From Phycisphaerales bacterium (GTDB lineage Bacteria; Planctomycetota; Phycisphaerae; Phycisphaerales; UBA1924): a stretch of DNA of 64,000 bases. The stretch spans positions 128,001 to 192,000 of the forward strand of contig OZ245777.1 in the NCBI GenBank assembly GCA_965227775.1. The letters run 5' to 3'. The notes under the pieces are model-generated. The model was not told where the DNA came from and made no database searches. It saw only the letters and a list, made by a program, of their open reading frames with translations. The translations under genes were made by a program, and so were the position numbers. Positions 47,574 to 56,697 of this stretch are shown here, piece by piece (the first letter of the stretch is position 1; every line of letters starts with the position of its first letter).

Positions 47574-49156
47574 CCACGACCACACCCGAGATGAACGCGC
47601 AGGAGCGCGCCAGCGCTGAGATTACCGATGTCCGGCTCGTCGTCGGGCTCGAGGTCCACGTCGAGCTCGCAACACAGAGCAAGATGTTCACGCGGGCTCG
47701 CAACCCAACGTCGGCGGCAGCACGCGGCGTCGAGCCAAACACGCTGATCGATCCAATCGTGCTCGCGCTGCCGGGTGCGTTGCCAACGCCCAACGCACGA
47801 GCCATCGAGCTGTCCATCGCCGTCGGGCTGGCCCTGGGCTGCTCGATCGCCCAAGTCACACGTTTCGACCGCAAGAGCTACTTCTACCCCGACCTGCCCA
47901 AGGCATACCAGATCAGCCAGTACGATCAGCCGCTTTGCTTCGAGGGCCGGGTCGACGTTCCGACCTTCAACGATCGCGGCGAGGTCGACCTCGATGCGCC
48001 CCGCACGCCGATCCGCGTCACGCGCGCCCACCTTGAGGAAGACGCCGGCAAGCTGCTGCACGAGGCGCCAGGCGGGCGCGCGATCAATCACTCGATCGTC
48101 GACCTGAACCGCGCCGGCACACCCCTACTCGAGATCGTGACCGAGCCCGATTTCACGCACGCGTCGCAGGTCGAGGGCTTCTGCCGCTGGCTGCGTCACA
48201 CCGTGCGGCTCATGGGCGCGAGCGAGGGCGTGCTGCAGGAAGGCCACGTTCGCTTCGAGCCCAACATCAACTGCGTGCTCACGCTCGAGGGTGGGCACAC
48301 GGTGACGACACCGATCGTCGAAGTCAAGAACCTCAACAGCTTCCGGGCCGTTGTCGGCGCCATCGAGTACGAGCACCGCACACAGCCCGAGCGCTGGCGC
48401 GAGGACGGCCGGGTGATGGGCCCGGGCGCCAAGGCCACGTACGGCTGGGACGACGCAAATCAGCGCACCATCGTGCAACGCGAGAAGGAAGACGCCCATG
48501 ACTACCGCTACTTCCCCGATCCCGACCTGCCACCGGTGCGCATAACGAGCGATATGCGTGAGCGCGCCCGTGCGCTCTCCGCAGAGCCTTGGTTGCAACG
48601 CGTGGAGCGACTCACGGGCGAGCTCTCGCTGCCAATCGCGGACGCATCGATCATCTTGAACGACTCGGCGACTGCCGCGCTGTTCCAGGATGCGCTGGTG
48701 TTGCTCGTAGCGAACGGAACGGAAGCGCGCAAAGCGGCGAAACCACTTGCGAACTCGATCTCGCAGAAGCTCGCGAGTCTGGCCAACGAGCGCGGCTGCG
48801 CACCGGGTGAACTCGACACCACCGCGAAGCAACTCGCGGATCTGATCGGCCTGCGCCTGGCCGGCGACGTTAGCAGCAACGGGGTCGATGAACTGCTCAA
48901 GGCAATGGCAACGTCACCGACCGACACCGATGCACGCTCGCTCGCAGAAGCACGCGGGCTGCTGATCGTGCAGGATGCAGGAGCCATCGACGCGTGGTGC
49001 CAGGCGGCCATCGATGCGCACCCCCAGGCAGCCGAGGAAGTCCGCGGCGGCAAGCAGCAGGCCATCGGACGTCTCATCGGCCACGCGATGCAAGAGGCCA
49101 AAGGCGCCGGAGACCCCAAGGCCATCCGCGCCCGCTTGCTCGAGATGCTCTCGTAG
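47570..49156 (+). CDS. gatB: Asp/Glu-tRNA amidotransferase subunit B
   Basis: GLEVHVEL, FDRKSYFYPDLPKAYQISQY, HLEEDAGK, DLNRAGTPLLEIVTEPD, EVKNLNS, DYRYFPDPDL. Confidence 0.97.
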   Translation: MTTTTPEMNAQERASAEITDVRLVVGLEVHVELATQSKMFTRARNPTSAAARGVEPNTLIDPIVLALPGALPTPNARAIELSIAVGLALGCSIAQVTRFDRKSYFYPDLPKAYQISQYDQPLCFEGRVDVPTFNDRGEVDLDAPRTPIRVTRAHLEEDAGKLLHEAPGGRAINHSIVDLNRAGTPLLEIVTEPDFTHASQVEGFCRWLRHTVRLMGASEGVLQEGHVRFEPNINCVLTLEGGHTVTTPIVEVKNLNSFRAVVGAIEYEHRTQPERWREDGRVMGPGAKATYGWDDANQRTIVQREKEDAHDYRYFPDPDLPPVRITSDMRERARALSAEPWLQRVERLTGELSLPIADASIILNDSATAALFQDALVLLVANGTEARKAAKPLANSISQKLASLANERGCAPGELDTTAKQLADLIGLRLAGDVSSNGVDELLKAMATSPTDTDARSLAEARGLLIVQDAGAIDAWCQAAIDAHPQAAEEVRGGKQQAIGRLIGHAMQEAKGAGDPKAIRARLLEMLS

Positions 49157-49981
49157 CTAGTAGATCGAGGGAATGGGGGGTGTGCCGACGCGTGGTCGCA
49201 CACCCGGCACGGGGTACGGGACGTACTCGTACGCCGTTCCCAGGCCTTCCTCGAAATCGGTGTGGCGGACCGAACCGTCAAGGTACAAAACGTTGCCGGT
49301 ATCCGGCTGGGGATGCCACGAGGCCTCGACGCGCCACTCGCGGTCGACCACGATCTGCCACTGGGGAACGGCGATCATCAACATGCGCGACGGCGCGACC
49401 TGCACCTCGTGCTCAGCGATCGGACCGGCGGAAGACTCGGGGTTGGTCAGACGCCGATCGAGGAGCAGCGGGTTCGCCCGGTAGCTCGTGCCGAAGCGCT
49501 CGAACACCGTCGGCTGCGGGAACACGTCCTGCTCAACGGGCTTGCCCGAACGCTCGGTCCAGCGGTAGCCGCGGTCCAGAGGCGAGCGGAAGAGATACGC
49601 AAGACCTTCGGACTCCTGCTCGCCGTCGGTCATGACGTAGCCGTTCATCGGCCGGTCGCTGGAAAGCACGGCACGTCGCGAGGCTCCGAGGAACGAGGCA
49701 CCACCGTACTTCCAATCGGCGTCTTCGCGGAAGGGCATGGCTTGGTGGTCGTCGACGTATTGCCGCCAGCCGATACCAATCTGCCGCAAGTTGGTCGCGC
49801 ATACCGCGCCGTTGGCAGCGTACCGAACGTATCGCAGCGATGGCAACAGCAGCCCGAGCAGGATCGCGACGATGCTCATCGTGACGAGCAACTCAAGGAT
49901 CGAGAACCCACCGCGGACGCGTCGACGCGGCGATCGCCTGGAGTTCGGCAGCGTGTTGGTAGTGCCCACGGGCATTGTCAT
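49157..49981 (-). CDS. Prepilin-type N-terminal cleavage/methylation protein (DUF1559-like, H-X-DG C-terminus)
   Basis: GFSILELLVTMSIVAILLGLLLPSL, CATNLRQIG, WH...GNVLYLDGSV. Confidence 0.88.
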   Translation of the reverse strand: MTMPVGTTNTLPNSRRSPRRRVRGGFSILELLVTMSIVAILLGLLLPSLRYVRYAANGAVCATNLRQIGIGWRQYVDDHQAMPFREDADWKYGGASFLGASRRAVLSSDRPMNGYVMTDGEQESEGLAYLFRSPLDRGYRWTERSGKPVEQDVFPQPTVFERFGTSYRANPLLLDRRLTNPESSAGPIAEHEVQVAPSRMLMIAVPQWQIVVDREWRVEASWHPQPDTGNVLYLDGSVRHTDFEEGLGTAYEYVPYPVPGVRPRVGTPPIPSIY

Positions 49982-50169
49982 CGAGGCAGAATCCTAGACA
50001 GGCCGCTGGAAGGCTCCGGCCAAGGTCGGCCAAGCCGGGGCGACGGGCCGACGCCGGTTATATGCCTTACCCGTGCGATGCGTTGCATCCGTGGCAGACT
50101 CTTGGCCCGAGAAGCACGAATCACGCAGGTCTCGTTGCCACTCACTGGTGGGGAAACCGCTCGAGCGGC

Positions 50170-51270
50170 CTAGGTCTGGACGCTGGTGGCAGCTGCGGCC
50201 GCCGCCGGAGCGAGCAGCATGGCCGGCAGAAAGACGCTCAGCCAGCCCGGCATGCCCGCGATGGGCGCGGAAACGCCAAGAGCCGACAGAACCAGGGCCG
50301 CCAGCACGATCGGGGCACACTTGGCCGCCTGCACGCCCATGTTCCGCGGTTCACGCGTCACGAAGAAGGGGAACGCGATCACAAGCGACAGCCCCATCGC
50401 CACCCATGAGCCCACGCGGCCCCACCGGTCTCGCTGGAGCCGCCGTCGCAGTTCGGGCGTGAGGCTCTCGTCCTGACCCAGCATGCGGCCAAGCGTGGCA
50501 AAGCTCAGGTGCTGGCCGAGCCCGGCGAACCGCCGCACAGCCAGCGCACTCGGGTCCATCTCGGTCTCGATCCGATCGATCGACTCGGGGACGCCCGCCT
50601 GCCCGATCGGCTGCGCGATGCCGCCCTCAAGCAACCAAGCAGAGCCATCCCACACGGCGCGCTCTGCCGAGATGAGACGTAGGGGCACGCCCACCTCGTC
50701 TCGTTCCCACACCTTGAGCCCCCGCATCTCGCCCGCGTCGGGGTCGAACACGCTTGCGAAGAACAGCCGCCCGCTCGCGTCGGCGGTCGTGGGCAGGTTG
50801 GTCACGCCGATCTTGGCGTCCTCACGGCTCACCCGGGGATCATCAGCAAGCAAGACACCCACGATGCGCGGCAGCACGAACTCCTGGTTTGCCACGCCCA
50901 CCAGCATGAAGCCCAGCGCAACGACCAGCACCGGCGCCATCGCGCGCCACAGGCTGATGCCGCTGGCGAGCACGGCGACCAGCTCCCGCCGGGCGACCAA
51001 CTGCGCCGCCGTAAAACCGAGGCCGGCCACGAGCACGAATCCGAGCGTGAAGTTGAAGAGTTGCAGCAGCCTGGGCCACCACAAGCTCCAGATTACCGAG
51101 ATGGTGGCCAGCGATTTCGAAAACAAATCGTCGTGTTCGCCCGCGTACCGGACATACCGGTGCAGATTGAGCGACGCATCGACCACCACGATGAAGCTGC
51201 CCAGGATGAGCAGCAGCAGCGTGACATTCACGAAGTACTGCGATGCGATGGTTCGATCGAGCAGCCGCAC
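50170..51270 (-). CDS. lptG: LptF/LptG family permease (LptG-like)
   Basis: MRLLDR.I, ELVAVLASGISL, QEFVLP, AERAVWDG, 3+3 TM topology. Confidence 0.75.
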   Translation of the reverse strand: MRLLDRTIASQYFVNVTLLLLILGSFIVVVDASLNLHRYVRYAGEHDDLFSKSLATISVIWSLWWPRLLQLFNFTLGFVLVAGLGFTAAQLVARRELVAVLASGISLWRAMAPVLVVALGFMLVGVANQEFVLPRIVGVLLADDPRVSREDAKIGVTNLPTTADASGRLFFASVFDPDAGEMRGLKVWERDEVGVPLRLISAERAVWDGSAWLLEGGIAQPIGQAGVPESIDRIETEMDPSALAVRRFAGLGQHLSFATLGRMLGQDESLTPELRRRLQRDRWGRVGSWVAMGLSLVIAFPFFVTREPRNMGVQAAKCAPIVLAALVLSALGVSAPIAGMPGWLSVFLPAMLLAPAAAAAATSVQT

Positions 51271-51279
51271 GCGTCCCCC

Positions 51280-53010
51280 TCAGCCCTTTCGTTTCGCGAT
51301 TCCCACGCACGTCCACGCGACGAGCCCAGCGAGAACGACCGGACCGCCCCACAGCATGGGCAAAGCGATCGGGCCGTAGTCCTCGACCATTTCCTGGCCC
51401 GTCGAAACGACGAGCACCATCGCGAGCGCCGGCAAGAAGGCGGCCAGGTAGGCCGAAAGCGGTGGTGCTTCCTGGAAGCGGATCGCCGCGACGGCCCCGG
51501 CGATCGCCAGCACAAACGCCGCAGCGCTCAGCGCTAGCCGCTCCTGATGCGTGCCGAGGATCTCCTTGCGCGTCTTGGCGATGCGCTTGCGTAGGTCTTC
51601 GGTCGGCGGCGTCAGGAACGGGTCTTCGCTGCCCCACCGCTCGTTGTGCGCCTCGACTGCCGCAAACAGCTCTTCGCTCGACATCGCGAGCGTTTGGGAC
51701 ACCGGATCGCCCTCGACTTTCAATGGGCCGAGCGTCATCTCTTCGCGAACGCCACCCACGCGAGACTCGGCGTCGGGCGTTTGGGCGACGGCCGTCCGCA
51801 CGTTCTCGCCCAGCAACATGAGTTCCACGCCTCGGTTCGCCGGGTCGCCGGTCAGGTTGGCCTCGATCGTGGCGGCCTCCATCTCGAAGCGATCGAACGA
51901 TCGGGTGCCGCTTCGCTCCGGGCGGTACCTCTCAACCACGATTGGCTGCGCGCCCCGCGGCTTCAAACGCCAAGCACTGGCCTGCTCGTCCCAATCGATG
52001 CCACCCGCACGGAGCACGAGCGTGGAGTCATCGGCCCCGATGACCTGCACCGCCCCGCCGCCGCGCAATTCGTTGACGGTGCGCTCGATGATCATGCGCA
52101 GCGCGAGGTGGAAGGCCAAGTCCCGGCGCGCCGCGTCGATCGGACCCAGTGGATCGGGGTTGCGGTAGGCGCTGCGCATTTCGCCCCAGGTCAGGAACTT
52201 GGGCCGGTCGCCCGCGCCACCGGGCATGAAGAGGGTGTCCTGGAATTCGCCCACCTTTCCGTCAGCCAGCCTGCCGGCATCGCCCACGGCCTCGCGAACG
52301 CGGTAGATAATCTCGCTCACACGCTCGCCCGGTGCTCCGGGCGGGTCGCCCGGACCGGCCAGATCGGCCTCGGTGATCTCGCGCGGCTTCATGACGTACA
52401 GGTCGGCCCGCTCGGCCGCGCCCCAGCTTGCCATCTCGCCCTCGGGGTCGAGCTTCACAAGGTGCGCCCCGAGCAGCACGAGGTGGGCCTGCACGCCCGG
52501 CTGGTCGACTTCGGGCGTGAACACCTGGTCGGCGTATAGCAAGAATCCCTCGACCTGGACGGCCTCTCCTCGCTCGATCGTTCGGCTGATTAGCCCCGCC
52601 GCCTGACCCGAGGCGACCTCGCCCATCCGCTGCAGGAATCTCGGGATCACCTGCTCGCTCAGCACGCCCAGGGTCGTGGTGAGCACGACGCCCGTGACAA
52701 TGGCCGGCGCGAGCAACGCCAGTAGGCTCATGCCGCCCGCCTGGGCCGCCATGAGCTCCCGCTCCTGGGCCATGCGGTGGTACGCCAGCGTGCCCGCGAG
52801 TGCGCCAGAGAACGGGATCGCGTACGCCAGCATGGGCACGGCCGCCAGTCCCATGAACTTCAAGGTGTCAAAAGCGGTGAGCTGGCCCTTGGCGTAGTGC
52901 TGCACCGATGCGCCAAACGCCGTCACAAGCACCAGCACCGCCGTGATCAGCACCACGTGCCGCCAGAGCTCGAGGGAGATATGCCCGATCAGGGTCCACG
53001 ACACGCGCAC
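51280..53010 (-). CDS. lptF: LptF/LptG family permease (LptF-like) with enlarged periplasmic domain
   Basis: YAIPF, YHRMAQERELMAAQAGGMSL, EQVIP, C-terminal TMs; start approximate. Confidence 0.75.
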   Translation of the reverse strand: MRVSWTLIGHISLELWRHVVLITAVLVLVTAFGASVQHYAKGQLTAFDTLKFMGLAAVPMLAYAIPFSGALAGTLAYHRMAQERELMAAQAGGMSLLALLAPAIVTGVVLTTTLGVLSEQVIPRFLQRMGEVASGQAAGLISRTIERGEAVQVEGFLLYADQVFTPEVDQPGVQAHLVLLGAHLVKLDPEGEMASWGAAERADLYVMKPREITEADLAGPGDPPGAPGERVSEIIYRVREAVGDAGRLADGKVGEFQDTLFMPGGAGDRPKFLTWGEMRSAYRNPDPLGPIDAARRDLAFHLALRMIIERTVNELRGGGAVQVIGADDSTLVLRAGGIDWDEQASAWRLKPRGAQPIVVERYRPERSGTRSFDRFEMEAATIEANLTGDPANRGVELMLLGENVRTAVAQTPDAESRVGGVREEMTLGPLKVEGDPVSQTLAMSSEELFAAVEAHNERWGSEDPFLTPPTEDLRKRIAKTRKEILGTHQERLALSAAAFVLAIAGAVAAIRFQEAPPLSAYLAAFLPALAMVLVVSTGQEMVEDYGPIALPMLWGGPVVLAGLVAWTCVGIAKRKG

Positions 53011-53064
53011 GCCAGACGATAGGGGCCGGCCGCGCCACCGGCCCGGCGGGGCTACAACCCTCGC

Positions 53065-54045
53065 ATGCCCTCCGAGGCCGACCACGCCCCGCCGCTGACG
53101 AGCTTCGTCATCCCCTGCTACAACCACGGCCGATTCGTCGCCGAGGCCGTCCGATCGTGCCTCGATCAGACCGACGCGCGGGTCGAGGTCATCGTCGTCG
53201 ACGACGGCTCGGACGATGGCTCGACGCCACAGGCCTGCGACGAGCTCGAGCGACCGGGCGTCCGGGTTGTGCACCAGCCCAACGCCGGCCTGCCCGCCGC
53301 CCGCAACGCCGGGGCGCGGATCGCAACCGGCCGTCACTTCGCGTTCCTCGACGCCGACGACTGGGTGGAACCGACGTTCGTGGCGACGCTGCTCGCAGCA
53401 CTCGATCGCGTCCCGGATGCGAGCCATGCCTACTGCCAGGAGCGGCTGACCGACCTCGGAAACAACGTCGTGTGGCGCGTGCCCGAGTGGGACCCGATCC
53501 TGCTCATGGTGACCAATCTGCACCCGGTGACGTGCCTCGTCCGCCGAGATCGTTTCGAGGCCGTCGGCGGTTTCGACGAGACGATGACCGAGGGCTACGA
53601 GGACTGGGATCTCTGGCTGCGCCTTGCCTCATGTGGCTGGCACGGTGTCCGCTGCTGTGAGCCGCTGTTCAATTGGCGTCGGCACAGCCAGCAAACCATG
53701 ATCGACGACGCCGTGGCTCGTCACGAAGCGATCTATCGCCGACTGCTGGAAAACCACCGCGACTTCTTCCAGGCGCACGCGGTGGATGTCGCCACGCGCG
53801 CAAACGGCCTTCTGCGAAGGGCCGATGCGCACTGGATCGATGAGAGCGGCCTGCCCATCGAGTTGCAGTACCTCCATGCCGTGCGCGACGCGTACCACGC
53901 CTCGGGCGCGATCGCGATGGCTCGCAAACTCGACGGCTTGATGCCCAGCCCGCTTAGGCGGCTGTTGCATCGGATGGTCGGCTCCAGGGCGAACACCATC
54001 GCCCATCCCGCTTCCGATCCGCGCAACAAAAAGCCGGGAGCTTGA
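53065..54045 (+). CDS. Family 2 glycosyltransferase
   Basis: SFVIPCYN, VVDDGSDD, NAGLPAARNAG, FLDADD, GGFDE, EDWDLWLR. Confidence 0.93.
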   Translation: MPSEADHAPPLTSFVIPCYNHGRFVAEAVRSCLDQTDARVEVIVVDDGSDDGSTPQACDELERPGVRVVHQPNAGLPAARNAGARIATGRHFAFLDADDWVEPTFVATLLAALDRVPDASHAYCQERLTDLGNNVVWRVPEWDPILLMVTNLHPVTCLVRRDRFEAVGGFDETMTEGYEDWDLWLRLASCGWHGVRCCEPLFNWRRHSQQTMIDDAVARHEAIYRRLLENHRDFFQAHAVDVATRANGLLRRADAHWIDESGLPIELQYLHAVRDAYHASGAIAMARKLDGLMPSPLRRLLHRMVGSRANTIAHPASDPRNKKPGA

Positions 54046-54055
54046 AACTCCCGGC
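54028..54055 (-). terminator. Rho-independent terminator between convergent genes
   Basis: AAAAA-GCCGGGAG-7nt-CTCCCGGC. Confidence 0.7.
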
Positions 54056-54079
54056 CTGTGAATCGAGATCCGGCTGCGA

Positions 54080-56515
54080 TCAGGTGCCGATGCCGCCGTC
54101 GAAGAAGTCGTCGGACAGGTCTCGGATGTCGCCCTCGGCGAACGTGCCCGTGCTCATTGTCACCGCACGCCCGCTCACGCCGTCGTCGCCGATGCGCGAG
54201 ATGGAGACGCCGAACTGGCCGTCCTGCACCGCGGTGCCACCGCCCGGAGGCAGCGCGATGCCCGCGATGAAGATCGAGTAGCGGCCCCAGTCCTCACCCA
54301 GCGTGATGGTGGCCAACACGTCATTGAACTCACGGGCGGAGATGTCGGCCCGCTCACCTGGATCGAGCATGGGCAGGAAACCGAACTGCACGAACTGATT
54401 GCGATCGAAGAAGTAGAACTGCACGGAGAAGTTCAGTGTGATGTCGGCCGTGTCGTTGTACGGGTTGTACAGCGAGATGATCTCGCCGTCATCACCGGCG
54501 TCGAAGCCGCCCGAGAGCACAACCAAGTTCGAGAGTTGCGTCTGGAACATCGCCGACTGCGTCTCGTCGCCGATGGTTGCGGTGTACTGGCCCGCAACGG
54601 GCAGCGTCGAGTCGTAACGAATCGTCAGGATCTCGCCGGGCGTGAACTCGCCGCCGAGCTCGAATACGAGCGCCTGCAGATCGAACGCACGGCGGTCACG
54701 TGGCGCGAGCACGAGGTTTCGCATGCCTTCGTTACCGTCGTCGTCGCTGATAGTCAGCGTCACGACCGAACCCGAAGCTCCCGTGTTTAGGAAAGTCAGG
54801 TAGGCCTCTTCATCTGGGTCGCTGCTGTACCGCACGCCGGCAAGCACGCCCTCGGTGTCGCCTCCGCCGATGGCACCGAGCGTGCCGTAGGCGACGTTGG
54901 CAAAGGCCGCCGCACCGTCGAAGGTGAGCAGCGAGTCGTACGTGCTCATCGCCGCGATGATCGGCACGTCGGAACTAACGTGGATCGCCTGCACGCCCTG
55001 CGTGGCGAATCCGAACAGGTTGTGCAGTTCAGCGCCGCCGCGGCGGTGGCCCTCCAGCGGGTACGAAATGGTGTTGAATGTGCTCGCATCGGTGTACACC
55101 GTGAGCGTCACCGTGCCGGCCATGCCTTCCAGGTTCTGCCAGACAATGTACGACTCGCGCGACTCGAGGTTGTCGATCGAGCCATCGAGATCCTCATCGC
55201 CGATGGTCGACGCGAGGCCGCCGAAGCTCCACGTGTTGAACGCGCCCGCGCCGCGGGCGTCGAGATCGGCAAAGTTAATGAACGACTCGGAGATCGTCGC
55301 GCCAAAGTCGGTATGCGTCAGCGAGGCGCTCATCGCCTCGGTGCTCTGGATCTCGATGGCAAACGGCGTGAACTTGCGGGCCTGGGGCTCGTCGGTCAGC
55401 GCGGGATCGCTCACGGCGATGCGCGTCCGCGTGCCAGGCTGGAGCGTGCCGCTCGTCAGCACCTGGTCGCGCATGCCGGTCTCGTACCGCAAGACGATCT
55501 GGTAGAACGACTGCGTGCCGCTGGCCAGGTTGGTCGTCAGCTCCACATACGTCACGCTCGTGTCGTTGGCGTATCCCTCGGGGTTGCCGATGAGGAAGGT
55601 GTAGAACTTCTCCGCCTCGGCGGGCTTGATGATCAGTGTGCTGGTCACCTGCACCAGGAACCGCTCTTCCAGCGATGTGCTGCGAATCTCGCCGGGGGCG
55701 ATGAAGCCCGGATCGCTGCGCACCGGCACGTCAGTCAGCGCGAAACTGACCACGTCGGCGTCGGGATCATCGAGGAAGAACGGCGACGTCGAAGGATTGC
55801 CCAGGTTGTCGGTCAGGTTGCCATCGTTGTCTACGAACACGTCGGCGAACACGAACGTGTCGAGGTTCTGGATGGCCTGCACCACCGACCACGAGCGGTC
55901 GTTCGCAACGCGGCCGAACACGGTGAAGTCCTGGGCGTCCAGATCGATATCGCCGAAGCCCTGGCTGCCGTTGTTGTCGCGCAGGTTGATGAAGAACTGG
56001 CTCGTGGCGGTATCGGTTCCCAGGCTGGTCACCAGTGCCATGGCCAGCGAACGCTCGACGTTCGAGCGGTCCGGGTTGGCCTCGTTCGCGATGGCCTCGT
56101 CGGTCTCGACGCGGCTGAGGCCGTCGTCATCGTTGAAGATGAACCCACCACCCTGGATGATGAACGGGTCGCCATCGATGTCCGGGTTGGTCGAACTGAC
56201 GTTCACCGATCGGTGGAAAAAGCTGTCGAAGTAGCGCCCACTGTTGACGTAATTCAGGAAGTTCTCGACGGTAATCGGGGCCGCGCTCGCGCCGCCCGGG
56301 CCGCTCTGGTCATACAGCTCGAAGTCGATCTCGCCCAGCGTGGTCTTGAAGCGGACGACGGTGTTTTCCGGGTCGACCAGGTCGGTGATGTCCGGGAAGC
56401 TCGCGTCGAGCAGCACGCGAGGCTCCAGCGTCTCCATGAGGGCCGTTTCCTTCGGTCCCTGCCCGCGGCCAGCGATCCGATCCATCCAACCCAGCGCGCG
56501 TCCATACAAAGACAT
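54080..56515 (-). CDS. LEPR-XLL domain protein with cyclophilin-type PPIase and repeated beta domains
   Basis: ETLEPRVLL; APITVENFLNYV, FFHRSV, FIIQGGGF, SQFFINL, FTVFGRV; acidic C-terminal beta domains. Confidence 0.85.
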   Translation of the reverse strand: MSLYGRALGWMDRIAGRGQGPKETALMETLEPRVLLDASFPDITDLVDPENTVVRFKTTLGEIDFELYDQSGPGGASAAPITVENFLNYVNSGRYFDSFFHRSVNVSSTNPDIDGDPFIIQGGGFIFNDDDGLSRVETDEAIANEANPDRSNVERSLAMALVTSLGTDTATSQFFINLRDNNGSQGFGDIDLDAQDFTVFGRVANDRSWSVVQAIQNLDTFVFADVFVDNDGNLTDNLGNPSTSPFFLDDPDADVVSFALTDVPVRSDPGFIAPGEIRSTSLEERFLVQVTSTLIIKPAEAEKFYTFLIGNPEGYANDTSVTYVELTTNLASGTQSFYQIVLRYETGMRDQVLTSGTLQPGTRTRIAVSDPALTDEPQARKFTPFAIEIQSTEAMSASLTHTDFGATISESFINFADLDARGAGAFNTWSFGGLASTIGDEDLDGSIDNLESRESYIVWQNLEGMAGTVTLTVYTDASTFNTISYPLEGHRRGGAELHNLFGFATQGVQAIHVSSDVPIIAAMSTYDSLLTFDGAAAFANVAYGTLGAIGGGDTEGVLAGVRYSSDPDEEAYLTFLNTGASGSVVTLTISDDDGNEGMRNLVLAPRDRRAFDLQALVFELGGEFTPGEILTIRYDSTLPVAGQYTATIGDETQSAMFQTQLSNLVVLSGGFDAGDDGEIISLYNPYNDTADITLNFSVQFYFFDRNQFVQFGFLPMLDPGERADISAREFNDVLATITLGEDWGRYSIFIAGIALPPGGGTAVQDGQFGVSISRIGDDGVSGRAVTMSTGTFAEGDIRDLSDDFFDGGIGT

Positions 56516-56697
56516 GGTTCAACTCTCCGTTTGGTATTCGCCCGCCGGGCGTGGGGCCGATGTCCATCGGCCGGTGGCGGGTCGTCCTGCCGCTCCGTCG
56601 GGCGGCGGTGGTGGGCAAGCATGCTAGCGTCGGCCCTCAGCCGGGACCTACGCGTCGCCGCGCCGCGTTGTTCTCACACTGCCGTACGCTCCTGCCC

